Positions 39,310-54,689 are shown, counted from the first letter of the stretch. The stretch: 64,000 nucleotides of DNA from Eledone cirrhosa (GCA_964016885.1 OZ024740.1:335544001-335608000); one strand, 5' to 3'. Translations and numbers: made by a program. The notes: generated by a model from the sequence alone, not told the origin.

Positions 39310-40671
39310 CATATATATATATATATAAACATAATTACATATGTATGCATTGTATGTGTACCGAGATTTGGCGTTTAAATAATGTGCCAATAATATGCCA
39401 AAGATATAAGTCAGATTGGCGTCACAATTTGGCATCCATCGTAAAATTGCTTTTCAAATCAATTAACTTCGGTTTGTTTCTATATTTGTTGTAGAAGTTT
39501 CACAACACCAGCAACCACAGACAAATCTAAGAAAAAGCAATTACATACATATTTTGTTTTTGTTTGTCATTTGTTAAATATAGCGTCATAGAGGTAAAAC
39601 TAATGTCTCTCTGCAGAATGTTGTCTCACAATATGCTAAGATAACATCATTAGCAGTGAAAAGGTGTTGGATGTGGCTGAAATATAAAATGTGTATCGCT
39701 TCAGATTAAAATAAAATAATTAAATCTAATATTTTGCAGATAAATATCTAATTGTTAGCTAATGAATAGGGGTGGATGTCCTATTAGCCCTCATTGAAGA
39801 ACAACTTGTTAACTCCTGTATTAAATGAATGTGGTATATGAGATGAGTTTATCAATGTTTTTAATGAGTTTGAGAAAGATTTTATTACACTAAACTAGGT
39901 CGTTACCGTACAAGAATATCAAAACCCAACATTTCCACCTAAGGAAGAATTTATTTATTGTACAGTCATGTTACTGTAGCTGGTCCCGAATTTGGTGCCT
40001 ACATAATAGGCTGATGACGACTAAGTCTATTAGTAATCGAATCCCAATACTGTTCTACTAGCTACCGACATGTGTCGTTTCTTTGATATTTCTATCAATA
40101 TACCAGCTTCTGCTCTTCCACACAGTCCCTTGTTTCATATTTCATAAGGATTATTCAAATATTGAACATATATAAGCAATAAAAACAGTACTCACTATAC
40201 AAATTAGAGCTACATTGAATATTCAAGTGTCTTTTTGGTTATGAAAACGGAGCAGAAAGGGAAAGGCAAGGGCTCTGGTATCCCAGAGAAATGGGTAGGG
40301 GAAACGGGCGGGTGATGCGCACTGAGCCATGGAAGCGGTCGTACTGAGGCTGTCATTTGTTATCCCATTTACACATGCCTAAACAGATTAGCACAGAACG
40401 GAGGGCATCTGGACATATATATAATTAATATATAATAATTTCCTGTATAACTTTTCAAAATTTGAAGTCAAACTTCACTCATCGTTGTTCCCTTGTCTGG
40501 GAAGTATATAAAAGTATTTGTGACCTCATGCGGTATTAAAAACAAAACCCAACAAAAATAATGTCCAACAGAAGTTGAAATAACGTTCTCTAAAGATGGA
40601 AATAACGTTTAGTGTTGATGGAAAGGATTAAGTTGGTTTTGAATTTAAGGGTTCTATTTGTTTAATCAGTA

Positions 40672-40810
40672 AAACAGCCTGCTCCTGAAATTAATGTGCC
40701 AATATGTGGTTGAGGATACTGCAGACAAGTGTTGGCTTAAATTAATTCATAGGGAGATTCAGTATAACAGTGTGAGGCAAGTCTGTCCGTTTGAATTATA
40801 GGTACAACCT
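40672..40810. mobile_element. Old SINE-like repeat body
   Basis: aacagcctgctcctgaaattaatgtgc matches 13977-14005. Confidence 0.55.
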
Positions 40811-41692
40811 ATTCGATGGGCTCCCTAACATAAATGTACTTATAAATAAACATACACACACATACACACATATTTATGTAAGTATATATGTATGTATGGT
40901 ATATATGTAAGTATATATGTATGTAAGCATGTATGTATGTGTCTATGTATGTATGTATGTATGCATGTATGCATGTATGAATATATAGGTATATAATCTA
41001 TGCAGAAAATTCTACACAGCTTAAGCGGAAATTGATAGGATTCTAAGTAACACTAAAATGCCCTTATATGGATATCACTAAGCAAGCAGTCAGCATATAT
41101 CTGCCAAACACATTTTCTATATCTAACATGTATGCCTTCTGTATTTTTCTCGTAGTTTCCCGTTTTTCATTTTGGTTTACTTTGTTTCATATATTATACA
41201 TGTTGCTGGAAAACTCCTTGTGATTTTTTCACATCCCTTTGGCAAATATCTATATTTTCAAAAAACACTTTTTTTATTACACCTTAGTTATGAGATAAAA
41301 TTCATATTACAAGACATAAATATTAGTTAAAACGAAATACGTCATTAATTGAGTACATATGTTAGAGGCTATTTCCTATTATTTTTCCCATAATCATATG
41401 GTGAGATATGAAGTGCGCAACACATGCTTATATGTGTATATATATATATATATATATAAGCATATATACATGCATAGATATATGCATACATACATACAAA
41501 CATACATATGTACAAATACACACACATTCGTACTTACATACATACAAACTTACATACATACCTACGTACCTACGTACATACACACTTACATACTAGCATG
41601 CATGCAAGTATACATTCATCCATCCATCCATACATACATGCATACATGCATACATACATGCATGCATGCATAAGTGGGTGTATGAGATATGT

Positions 41693-41745
<53 letters not shown>

Positions 41746-41786
41746 AATACTGTTGGCTTCTTGCTACAATACTTTCTATACCTTTC

Positions 41787-41845
<59 letters not shown>

Positions 41846-41952
41846 ATTATAATTCATTAAACTTCATATAGATTTTATGAAAGCAAACATAAATAAAAAA
41901 AAACTTTCACGGATATTTATTTATGTGAACACGTGTGTGAATGTTTTTGAGG

Positions 41953-42029
<77 letters not shown>

Positions 42030-42949
42030 ATATATATATGTATGTATGTATATATATATAAATATATATATATGTATACACATATATATATATATATGTG
42101 TGTGTATGTATGTATGTATCAATGTATATATAAAATATATATATATATATATATATATGGAGAGAGAGGGAGAAGGAGAGAGAGAGAGAAAGAAAAACAG
42201 AGGGTGACAGAGAGATCAGTGTGTACATGTGTGTATCTTTCCGTCCATGAAAGTAGATATTTCTGACGAACAAAAGATATAATCTTTTCCCCATTAATTG
42301 TCATGTGAAATACTTTAGAAGCAAGTTTTGTTATGGAAAGATATTCCATAAGTAAAGAAAATTGGCCAATTAGTACAATTTCTTGAGAAATTGCCGCCAG
42401 ATCTGAAATGTTTTCTTCAAATTCTACTCAATAAAAAGTTGACTATTTTTCTTATAGATGGCGACATAATTTAGATGCTGATCTACTACGTCCTTTTATG
42501 AACATGAATCTCAACCCAAGACCTCAGTTCTTGTTATTTACATATATATATGCGGGTGTGTGAGTGTGTGCATATGTATGTGCCTTTGTGTGAATGTGTG
42601 TATATATATATGTAAAAAATGTTCACGGTATGCAGTTCAGGAAGACGACAGATCAGGTTAGTACACGATGAAGTTTCAGATATAGAATCGGCATAGGCGA
42701 GGGTCCACTTTGTTTAGGATGTCCTGAAATGTAAATGGTTTTCAACTGTTGACTAAATGTTAAATATGAGATTCTATTTCAATGCATATAGTTCAGGCAT
42801 TTTTGCATCTACCTCTTGTGGTGACACATCTCTTGATAATATGACACACACACACGCACGCGCGCGCGCACACACGCACACACATCCATGAAAACTGTAG
42901 AGATGTATTCTATCAATTTGCTAAGAATATATATCACTTTTATTTGTTA

Positions 42950-44315
42950 ATAATGTAGATCCATTCTATGTTCAACAAGGGCTTTCGACTCCCTCAATTG
43001 CAATGCCTTGTGGTCAATGCTGAAGACAATTGAATTCCTAAGGTGTTCAGTGTTATAACATGCTCTATAAAAACATACAAGCTTCTGTTAAATCAAATGG
43101 TGTTGCATCAAACCCTTTTCGTATAGAAAATGTTACAAAGTTATTTACTTTCCTCTGATGATAGAGTGTATCTTCAAAGACTTATAATAATGGTGTTTTG
43201 TTTGAATTTAGAACATCAGGTGGGTTCTTCAATGACCAAAGATCTCAGTCGAAAGCTTTTACTTAAAATGCTTTCAGACTTCTTGTTTATAGATGATGTG
43301 GCTGTAGTAGGTAATTGTTTCCGGCAAGCAAAACAATTGTAAGCCGGTGTTCCTGTGCATCAAATGCGTTTAGCTTAAGAATAAGTGTGAAAAAGACAGA
43401 AGTTATATACCAGCCAACCAAAACCAACAACTGTCATAAGGCATAACACTACATAAGCCCCACACAGTACACCATCACGTCAAATTCTTGTGTTCAATAA
43501 ATCTCTCAAGTATGTAAGGTCCTTCTCACACTTAGGAACTAAAATACATTCTAGCGCTTCTTTAGATGATGACATTGTAAATAGGATCACCAATGCTAAT
43601 CATGATTTTGGAAAACTTCGAGCAAGGTTATGGCATGAGAGAGGATTGAGTTGTAAACCAAAATCTCAGTTTACCGAGCAGTTGTTGCTTCCAAATTGCT
43701 TAATGGATCTGAATTGTGATACGATATAGACAACATATCACAAAGCTGAATACTTTCCACGGGATATATCTTAGAAATATCTATGGTTTCACATGTAACG
43801 ACGAAGTTACTAATAAACAGTGGTTTTCTAAATGTGATATACAAAGCAGAGAAGCATTCTTAATAAAATCTCAATTAGGATGGGCTGTTCATGATGCAAG
43901 GATGAATGATGAAAATCTGCGGAAGATTCTCACTTTATGGCTATCTTCAGGCGTGAGTACGAAACAGAAGAATATCTTCTTAGATACAAGTATAAGCTGA
44001 AGAATAATGTCAAACATATTGGAATATAAGCATCAGAATTTAAGGAATGTTCTGCTGGACGTAATAGGTGGAGGAAAATCTGTTAAAATTACATCAGATG
44101 CCATGTCAACGCAAGGATTGAGCATCTAGATGATCTAAGGCAAGGCCAAAGGAATGCAGTTTGCGTTCGACGTTTCGTACGTGAAGGGTGTTGTCTGGTT
44201 TGCAGAAACAAATCAGATTTAGTGTCTCACAGAAGACACAAACCCTAAATGGGGAGTTAAAAGAAAGGGGAGTGTAGGGGTTCTCAAGAGTCGAACACAA
44301 CGAGAGATTGCATCA
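42950..44315 (+). mobile_element. Decayed RTE/BovB-like LINE (RT to 3' end)
   Basis: RAFDSL..ALWSML, LFIDDVAVV, LRISVKKTEVIYQP, FSHLGTKI..LDDDIVNRI..FGKLRARLW, QLGWAVHDARM. Confidence 0.8.
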
Positions 44316-44732
44316 TATATATATATATATATGATACGTATACTTGGAGACAGAGATACATAGGGATTTATATCAGTTGCAATACAATGTGTTTATAACT
44401 ACATCTCAAATATACTAATCTTTATTTAAATATACAGTCGCTCAATTTATTAAACTAACATTGAATAAACACAAGGAATATAATAATTGTAACATAATGT
44501 CGGTATATGTAAGTATGCAAGTTGCTTCAATATTTAGATTCTCCTCCTCTATTTATATTTCTCATCTGGGTCTGAAATATTATAAAAGCAGGTAATCACA
44601 TTATAATTGTCACAATTCCGACAGATGGTAAAGTGAAACAAGTTGCTGTTTAATTGGTAATCAATATTTTACAATATATGTGATGTTATCTTTAACAAGG
44701 TTTTATCATAAAAAAAGTCAAACTTCTGACTA

Positions 44733-44846
44733 GTCTTGTATTCTTTCAGTAATCTCTACGTATTTTTGTTTATCTTGCTTTACAGTAACAATACTGTAAA
44801 ACAAGATAAATAAAAATACGTTGAGATTACTGAAAGAATACAAGAC
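44733..44846. repeat. Near-perfect hairpin, ~55-bp arms, ~4-nt loop
   Basis: gtcttgtattctttcagtaatctc..tttacagta / tactgtaaa..gagattactgaaagaatacaagac. Confidence 0.9.
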
Positions 44847-45832
44847 GTTGAGGGATTGGGATTGAGATTCACCATCGTCATCATCCTCATTATCATCATA
44901 GACATCCTAATCCTCATAATCTTCATCTTCGTCGTAACTGAGAGCCCTACCATGGAGATACTTCCAAATTAGGAAAGCGTCGTTCGGAAGATATAAACAA
45001 TGCGAGTAAAATAGAACGCACAGACTGACAAATAAGTTAGACGAACATAAAAATTGTAAATAAATGTCTGGGGTAAAATCATGGTTTGACTGAGTTGTGT
45101 TACCAAGATCTGACAACTACTCGTTAAACACAAAAGACAACATGGCAAAACGCTTGAGGAAGTTTGAGTGAGCCATATGGAGGTAGACTGAAATGCTTTG
45201 AACTGGAAGAATGGATATGAAGAAAGAGAATGTAGTAACACCCCTGTCAGATCTTATAGAGACAAAGAGGAGAAAATCGAGTAGAGAGAAGAATAGAGAA
45301 TGTAATAAGGAAGATAGATATACGAAAGATGATAAAGTGATGTTTGACTAGAGTTAATAAGGACAAACCAACATTCAGAGAGATACGAGAATACTGTATT
45401 GCGTTGGAATGCAATATAATACAATATAATATAATATGATGTAATATAATATAAAGAATTATTAACTTTCACGGTATATTGTTACTACAGAAAAGTATCT
45501 AATAATAACAGGGCGTATATATCCCCGGCAAGGAATAATATGGGCATGAATGTGCATGGCAAAATTGATCATAAATCCAAATTTTGACGACAGAAAATAA
45601 TCTAATAATAGGGCATATAAGCTCCACAAAAGAGAAACTAATGGGCATCAACACGAGTGTATATATGTATAGCTGCCAACTAACAACTGGCCCTTACTCG
45701 ATAGTCTTTGAAAAGGAAGGTAACATTGGCAATGTATTCTCATATATACAATAGAGCATGCATGATCATAACAGGGATATCTGTAATTATCGTTCTGTTT
45801 GATCAGATCTTAAACGACTGTAAAAACGCGTG

Positions 45833-45917
45833 ATACATACATACATACATACATACATACATACATACATACATACATACATACATACATACATACATAC
45901 ATACATACATACATACA
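45833..45917. repeat. (ATAC)n microsatellite
   Basis: Direct reading. Confidence 0.95.
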
Positions 45918-46240
45918 TGGAGAAGGAGGACATCTACGGACCATTGATGAGGAGTTTGCAGATCCAGTATCCAAGATACATCTTCAGCTTCATACCCATC
46001 ATTATTTGACCTATAGGTTATGTACCAATCTGCTTGGGCCAAAATATGACTGAACTTGGAGTTGTGGGCAAAGAGCGCAGCTCCCTAACTAATGGACTAC
46101 AAATGGCTGCAGTAGCTGGCACCTTCAAAATTTGCAAAACATTCTTGCGATTCAAGGGATAACAATTTCTTTTCTTTTACAACCTTACCACCAGGGAGGT
46201 GGCCGGTCAAAAATGTACTCGAAATTAAAAGAAAGAGAAA
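45918..46240 (+). mobile_element. 5'-truncated RLE-type (R2/R4-group) LINE 3' end abutting (ATAC)n
   Basis: EKEDIYGPLMRSLQIQYPRYIFSFIPIII*PIGYVP..ELG..KICKTFL resembles the K..Y..L..PIIIG.LG tail of restriction-like endonucleases; short 3' UTR with an A-rich end. Confidence 0.6.
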
Positions 46241-47455
46241 CATATATGCATATGCACTTATATGTAATGATATCTAAAGCAAAATACTCAATGATTTTAT
46301 AGTCCTGCAAATCAACATAAGCAGCCAATTGATAGCTATGTCAATCGACATATCGAGATATAAGTGTCACGACACACGGTATTTTGTTTATATGGAAATT
46401 TGTATTTGATGATAAAATATATATCGTATATTGAATAAATATGTTCTAATTATATACACGAATTGACGGAATATCTCAATATATTATTGTACCTAATGGT
46501 ATCGGTGTCAAGTTAAATATCGGCAGTATTGTAATACATAAATTCGTTGCTTTTAAAATTATACTATAGATGTCTGTCCTTTCCCTCAGTATAATAAATA
46601 TTAGTAGAAACGTTAACCATTTTGATACCAAAACCCTTTTAGTCACTCTTAGTTCCATAATACAATGTTTATTTCAAGTTTCGTATATCTGCCTTCGTAA
46701 TTGTATATAACAATATTAAGGTTATCCTCTGAACAATAGCTGAATAATACAAAAGGTAGTTATACTTTTAAATATCTCAAATGCTTTTTTATTAATGTCA
46801 AAAGAATTCATTGGTAGTGTGGGTGTCTTTCATTTATAATATGGTAATGAAAGAGTTAAGCTACCAAGTAAATAGTATTAGTTCTAGCATTGCATACACA
46901 GATCGACACAAAGACATCTCTTATCACAAACACTGGCGTGCCATCATTTATGTCTCTCGTGAAAAACAAACAAAAACTATATTTAAAAGATGTTTTAGGC
47001 CAAATATTTAGATGTAACTACCGAAACTGTCGAGCTCTGTAAACTAATGAGAATATTACTGAAATATAATGTATATTTATGAAACCTAAAACTATCATAG
47101 ATGTGTAATATAAAACTATCATAGGAATGAAATATATATAACTACCATAGTCATGAGAGAAAAAACAAAGCTTTGGAACATACAACTACTGCAGTTTTGA
47201 AATATCGTCATTTTTTTTATTCTCCTACAACATAATTATTTCTGACATTTCATCTCTTACAGAAACTTGCTGAAATATATGCATGGGGTTCATATAATGT
47301 GCTAAATTGGTGACCCTGCAATATTTCACATTCTAGGTTTCTAAAAAGACATTCAACATTCAGAATAAGAAACAAATTTAACCATACCCTTCTCTCTTTT
47401 TGTGTGTATCTATGTAAATCTCTCTCTCTCTCTTTCTCTCTCTGTCTCTCTCTCT

Positions 47456-47605
<150 letters not shown>

Positions 47606-47979
47606 CAATTGTAATGTTTCTGTATGGATTTACACGAAATAGTGATTCATACATTTTAGGAAAGTGGAATACATTTCATTGAGTGTTGAAGATTTCACAA
47701 TTCACTATTGGAAGGGTTTCGCTCCTAATACCATTGTTTAATATACCGTTTCTAAAGGATAATAGGTTCTTGTTGAAAGAAATATTGGGATGTGGATTCA
47801 GTGTTAGATATCATCATCATCATCATCATCATCATCCTCATTATCATCACCATCGATTTTACGTCCGTTTCCCATGCTGCTATGTGTTATATAACGACAC
47901 GTTTCATGTGGCGTTATGCAAATGGTGGAGTACTTGCCATTGCTACAAGTACACCTTTAAAGCAAAGTGAATAGAAATA

Positions 47980-48154
47980 CAGTGAAATTTCGTTATAAAG
48001 AAATTCACGGGGTATAAAATAAATTCGTTGTAACAAAAAATGATTTATAATGAGATCGACATAGCACACCTAGCGTGTGGTTGGGGATTGAAAAAAATGG
48101 CGTTATACTGAAGACTTTGTTGTAATGGTATTCGTTATGACGGAATTTTACATG
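47980..48154. mobile_element. pogo/Tigger-like MITE
   Basis: TA|cagtgaaatttcgttataaagaa ... ttcgttatgacggaattttacatg|TA; imperfect TIRs. Confidence 0.65.
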
Positions 48155-50466
48155 TAACGCGTAATGAATGGCTCTGTTAAAGTTCATAATGTGCCATCCA
48201 GTCGTGCAGCCAACACTCTGAACTGTATTGTTCACAGATAAACATAAATATATAAAAAAAACTAAGTGTGTCGTTGAAAACAAAAATACATTGTTGAGAT
48301 CGTAATGCTAACCCTAACCATAAACATTTTACAAGCTGAAGAAAACAACATGGTTTTAGTTTTGAATATGTTTCTGGAAATAAGATTGTTGATAGAAATT
48401 GCAAAATGCTTACAACATAAAAAACCATCCTTGTTATGGCTATAATAATGCTAATTATATCAATAATGTATCTGAAAATTGAGATATATTAAATTTATAC
48501 AAGTATGTTTTACGCTGAAAACATTAGTGCGTATTGTGCATTGTATGCTATATGTGCATCGACTATAATATGTCTTCGTCATAATCAGAAGTATTGGATA
48601 CAGCCTCATCTGAAGATAAGTAGGATATATGTTTACCAATATTGAGAAATAATTTTCTTAAAACAGTAGAAAGTTGTTATTTGAATTATTAATATTAATT
48701 AGGTTTTCCTTGGGGATAGTATTAATTCGTCTCTAAATTTAATGCTATTTCCGATACATCAACTGTTTCTCTTAGTCGAGGCTCAGTAAAACATGTGCAA
48801 AGAGGAAGATTTTCATAAAACAAATCTAATTTTTGTTTTGCCACATTTATACTTGAATTCATAATTTATTCCATTGTCTATTTTAATTCTAAATTTCTTA
48901 ACTTCATTGTTCAATGTATTAAGTACTTTTTATTATTATTTTTGGGAATGAATTCTTTTTCTCTATATTCTGTTCGCGTATGTTTATTCCCCTTATTCAA
49001 ATATATTTCTTATATTCATTTTAAAATCTACATTCTGGGAAAAGGCTAAGGTTATGAATATTGTTTTCCCGGCTACGTCTTCTTTTGCATTACATGATAT
49101 AGTTAATTGATTGTGAAATTAAACAATGATTTAAATCTGTTACTACTACACTACTGACTGCTTCCTAAAGAATCGTACATGACGATACTCAGAGTAGCGA
49201 TGCTACATACGTGTGTGAGTGTATGTGTGTGTTCATGTATGTGTATGTATGTGTATATGCATAATATATACAACAATTGAGATCGATATATTATGCAACA
49301 TAAAGGAACAAATATTCGGTTAAATATAATCTATGAAGCCATTGAAATTGATGTTCAATCTTGACTAAAACCAGTAAGCGAATAAGATAATATATATTGT
49401 AAATGTAAATTTATCAAAACATATAATTGAGGCTGATCAACATAGACAGAATGTATTAGGAAACACGGAAAACAAATGTGTGAGGAAGAAATTTACTGTA
49501 GATGGGAAGATTTAATTTGGTTGTAGTGGGAAATAGATAAGGTAGGGGCTTAAATTCAGTTACTACACTAATCAAATAAGATAAAGTTTCTATTTCGGCG
49601 AGTATTTCCTTCTCAGATTTGCTTCACTGACTGTCCAGTATAATGACCAATCAGATTATTGAGCGGACACTTTATTGACCGAGCGTGATTTAGCCAATCG
49701 TTTGTCTATTGCCCACATTTCCGGCCAATCATCGTTATTTCTTTCGTTTAAGCCGTTTTCCGACGTCCCTTATCTTTCCCTCCCCAGATACTCTCTTTAG
49801 GACTGTATTTCATTTAACTGTATTTCGCCTCTCAGCTTCCTGTCAGTTATCTCCAGTACATGGTTTGGTCTCTTCTCATCATACACATATAAAAGATAAC
49901 CAAGACAACATTATATTTCAGCCATTTTTTATTTGCTTTCATTTTAGTTTGACAGGGTTATGTTAGTATGTCTTCTATCAAACTCCCCACCTACCTGTCC
50001 TGATAACTTAACCCCCCCCCCAGCTCTCTATTACTCTCCTGAGTATACAGTACATTAGTTACACTTTAAATAGAATATAGAATTTGACATATTTATGCAG
50101 GGATATCTCGCAGGAGATTATTTCAATTCCAGTGTTCACAAACGAATATATATCATTATCATTCGGTTTCTTGAAAACATCACCGTTGTTTGTGGTTATA
50201 GCCATAATCAATACGCACATATATACATATATATTCAAATACTCGCACAGAATCACGCACACATATGCACATATAGACACAAAAACACGCATGTCATCTG
50301 CCTCTTCCACGCACCCAGACATATTCACTGCATATATAGATTTAATAGTTCTCCCTCTCCCATACACAGACCCGTGCATAAATGTTATTTTCATTGTATA
50401 TACACAGTCCTATATATGTGTGTGCGCTTGTTTGTACACACAACACATACACATACACATTAATAA

Positions 50467-50539
<73 letters not shown>

Positions 50540-50546
50540 AATATGC

Positions 50547-50585
<39 letters not shown>

Positions 50586-50611
50586 TATGCATATATATAT
50601 ATATATATATA

Positions 50612-50665
<54 letters not shown>

Positions 50666-50671
50666 AATATG

Positions 50672-50723
<52 letters not shown>

Positions 50724-50727
50724 TACA

Positions 50728-50995
50728 TGTGAAGGTGCATGGCCTAGTGGTTAAAGTATTGGGCTTGCAATCGAAAGGTTGTGAGTTCAATTCTCGGACC
50801 GGGTGATGTGTGGTTTCCTTGAGCAAGACACTTTATTTCACGTTGCTCCAGTTTACTCAGCTGGTGAAATGAGTACCGGCCTGACCGCCCAGCCAGTGGG
50901 ATGGCGTTATCTTATAGCTAAAACAGCACGACGTGCTGTGACCAGCGGCACCGATTGCCGCCCGACAGACTGGTTGGTCAAGGTGATCAAGGTGA
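50728..50995 (+). mobile_element. SINE family B (tRNA head + CORE-like domain)
   Basis: A-box TGGCCTAGTGG, B-box GAGTTCAATTC, then ccttgagcaagacacttta (CORE-like); short repeated tail aaggtgat. Confidence 0.8.
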
Positions 50996-51943
50996 TATAT
51001 AGATATATATATATATATATTTCAATTTAGCCTTTTGAAAATCACAGAAAATTGATTATTTCACTAATAATTATTTTATAAATAGTTGTTCTGTAATTAA
51101 TTAATTATTTCATTAGTATACCATCCCTTGTGAAACAGGTTTATGTTTTGAAGTTCCGACCGATCTGCTGAAATGGTTTGAATTTTGAAATTTAAACTTG
51201 TCTAGGCACCAGGCAGTTGCCATTTCACGTCTGTAAGCATAGATTTAATATTTAATATTTTCTAGATCGATACAGGCGGACTATATGTACTTGAATTAAG
51301 GTATTTCTATCTGGCTAAAAAAAAAAAAAAAAAAAAATTGTTGTCATTTTGCAAAAAAACCACATTAGTGTTGATCATATTTTTTAAATTGTACTATATA
51401 TATATATATATAAATTTAAGTGGAAACTGCTACAATTCAGATAAATATAATAGTAAAATACAGCTGGAGTGAAAAAGTGAATAGAAATGCTTGCGAATAT
51501 ACAAGCTCGCACATGCCGAATGCCAGACGAACACGCATAACTATTACGCCATGTTACATCTAGCCGCTAATTATTGTTATGCCAAAAGTGTAAATTTTCA
51601 AAACATTGAAGGTTTTTAAAGCAGAATATTTTTCCAAGCTAATTACAAATAATGTTCTTTACTTTTACATATCTAGATTTATAATATTGAAGTTGAAAAT
51701 ATATTAAATCTTTATCACATTGAGTGACCGAAACCTGATAAATTTTTATTGGGAAAATTGAAAGTTTTAACAGGAATTCTTGCAGGAATAGGAATCCGCA
51801 TTTGCCGTATAATTTAAAGCGTATCCTAACACTAATTACAGTATTTTAGAACTTTTAAGTGTTAAGCTAGAATGTAAACAACATTTGAGTAATTTACGCC
51901 ATAATACTGATAACTATAAATCAGAATATATAAATATCAGTAA

Positions 51944-52090
51944 TAATTGTTTCTACATTTGGCACAAGGCCAGCAATTATCCGAGTGCATTACTGGTGCT
52001 TTATTTTATCGACCCCGTAAGGATGAAAGGCAAAGTGAACCTCGGCGGGATTTGAACTCAGACCGTAAAAGACAGTAACTCTATGCCGAT
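51944..52090 (-). mobile_element. SINE family A, 5'-truncated (another fragment at 52100-52170)
   Basis: Reverse complement of the 615-802 body. Confidence 0.85.
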
Positions 52091-52569
52091 TTAGTCACAC
52101 AGCCAACAATTTTGGAGGAGGGGAAAGTCGATTAAATCGGCCCCAGTGCATTACTGGTGCTTTATTTTATAGAAAGATAATAGTAATAATACTAACTGGT
52201 AGAATTTATTGACATTGTAGGCAATGTATATGAATATGGGCCCTTGGTTCCTGCTGGAGTCGTAGGGGTGCCATAGTGACATGCGGCTTGTCTTGTTTAA
52301 CTTGTTGAAATCCATTCGCTTTCCGGGTCTGAACACAGCCGATTTCTTCCGTAGAAGAGAGAATGATAAATGAAATAAATAAAGCAAGACAATCCACACT
52401 AACACTGAACTGGCACTTTTTTTTTATCAACCTTTAAAGAATAAAAAGCAAAATTTAGCTCGGCATGATTGAAATAATCAGAAGGCCAGAATAAAAAAAC
52501 GCAAAGTATTCTATCCGACGTTCTAACGATTATGCCGTCTATGTGGGTAAAGAAAATTAGACTGTACAC

Positions 52570-52607
<38 letters not shown>

Positions 52608-52982
52608 CAGCAGCAGCAGCAGTAGTAGTAGTAGTTGTTGTTGTTGTTGTTGTTGTTGCAGTAGTTTCGAGACATGTGTACTATTTCACTGTCAACTAAC
52701 TTATATAATATGATAAAAAAGCAAAATATATTCTTATAGGTAAATTTCTTTTTTACAATAATTCTTCTGTAGAGAAAAAGAGAACGAAGGGGAAATATAA
52801 CATTGAATATACTTGAAATAGCAGAGAATTTATAGAATAAAATAACATGTACACAAGTATATAACTATGTGAAAAGAAAAGTAAACGTTAGAAAACATTA
52901 TCAATAGAACTATTAAAAATATCTCAAAACAGCTCTGAGATTAAAACGTGTTAACTACCAACAACATAACATAATGGAGAAT

Positions 52983-53131
<149 letters not shown>

Positions 53132-53166
53132 TACATACATATATATATGTATATGTACATATGACT

Positions 53167-53260
<94 letters not shown>

Positions 53261-53262
<2 letters not shown>

Positions 53263-54216
53263 GAAAAATGGCGAGCTGTGTTGTTGCAAATATGATATAT
53301 ATAATAAATGAAGAATTAGAAATAGAAGCCAGGACTATCTGTCATCAGTGGTCTATTACCCATCATATGTATTTCTTCGCATTACAGACCATATACCTCC
53401 GGCTAGGGCAATGCAATAACTAAATTAAGTTATTGGGATAAAAAGAGTTGGGTGGAGAAAGAGAGACAGGTAAACAAACATGAATGGTGAGGCAACGTAA
53501 AGAGAGGAAAAATGAGAAAATGAAGACAATAATTCATTTTAAACATATGAACGTGCGAATATTGACGAGAAGGCAAAAGACACATCTTAGCCGTGCGAAT
53601 ATGAGCGAGGAAAGAATTTCGTACAGTGTGGGACGATGGAGGAGGTGAGAGAAAGGGTGAGGAGCAGAGAGTGAGTGAGTGAAAGTGTGAGGAAGAGGCT
53701 AGCCGAGAGAGGGTGACTAGCAGAGGTGTTGAGTGAAAGTAAGAGGAAGAAGGAGAGAGAAGAGGGAGAGAGAAAGAGGATAATAGTAATGGAAGTGAAA
53801 AAGACAGGTCACAGCGAAGGGGAAAGCATATATGAATGAAGAATGGCGAGCTGTGTTGTTGCAAATATGATATATATAATAAATGAAGAATTAGAAATAG
53901 AAGCCAGGACTATCCGTCATCAGTGGTCTATTACCCATCATAGGTATTTCTTCGCATTACAGACCATATACCTCCGGCTAGGGCAATGCAAAGGAAATTA
54001 AGTTATTGGGATAAAAAAGTGTTGAGTGGAGAAAGAGAGACAGGTAAACACACATGAATGGTGAGGCAACGTAAAGAGAGAAAAAATGAGAAAATCAAGT
54101 CAATCATTCATTTTGAACATAAGAATGTGCGAATATTGACGAGAAGGCAAAAGACACATCTTAGCCGTGCGAATGTGAGCGAGGAAATAATTTCGTACGG
54201 TTTGGGACGATGGAGG

Positions 54217-54217
<1 letters not shown>
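53261..54217. repeat. Tandem duplication with 575-bp period (1.7 units) between (TA)n tracts
   Basis: 53261.. and 53836.. both begin atgaa(a/g)aatggcgagctgtgttgttgcaaa and stay similar for ~380 bp. Confidence 0.92.
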
Positions 54218-54282
<65 letters not shown>

Positions 54283-54284
<2 letters not shown>

Positions 54285-54689
54285 TGGCTGCCAACTCGTT
54301 TTCGAGTACAGCCACTACTTTATATCCGTGTAGGAGAACCCCTACCGATGCGCTGAACGAGTGTGACTTTTTAGTCCAGCCAGCGACTTGAAAACTCTGG
54401 TACAGACACTACACTTGTGACAATTATTGACACATAGTGCTGGGCTCATGGTACCATGTGACGACAAGTGCAGAGAGATCTCCAGATATAAAGCAATGCC
54501 TGTGCCGTGAAGCTTTTATAGTGAGCAAAGGCACTGCACAAAGCCAGTCCCACTCTCTTAACCAAGATGATATTTACCAAAAAGAACAAGTCAACATCAT
54601 TGGATACCATCAGGGTTGCAGCTGTTATATCAGAGTTTTCCTTCTCCTAGAATTCTGCCTTGTCAAAGGCTAAGGGGTCATCTCTCCCA
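54283..54689. repeat. Unclassified insertion between (TA)n tracts (probable SINE/LINE-derived)
   Basis: GC-richer island that starts with hairpin gtggctg..actcg tttt cgagt acagccac and is bounded by TA repeats. Confidence 0.4.

Noticed and set aside
49645-49735. Three CCAAT boxes as a promoter
   Set aside because: No downstream gene or TSS evidence; may belong to a repeat.
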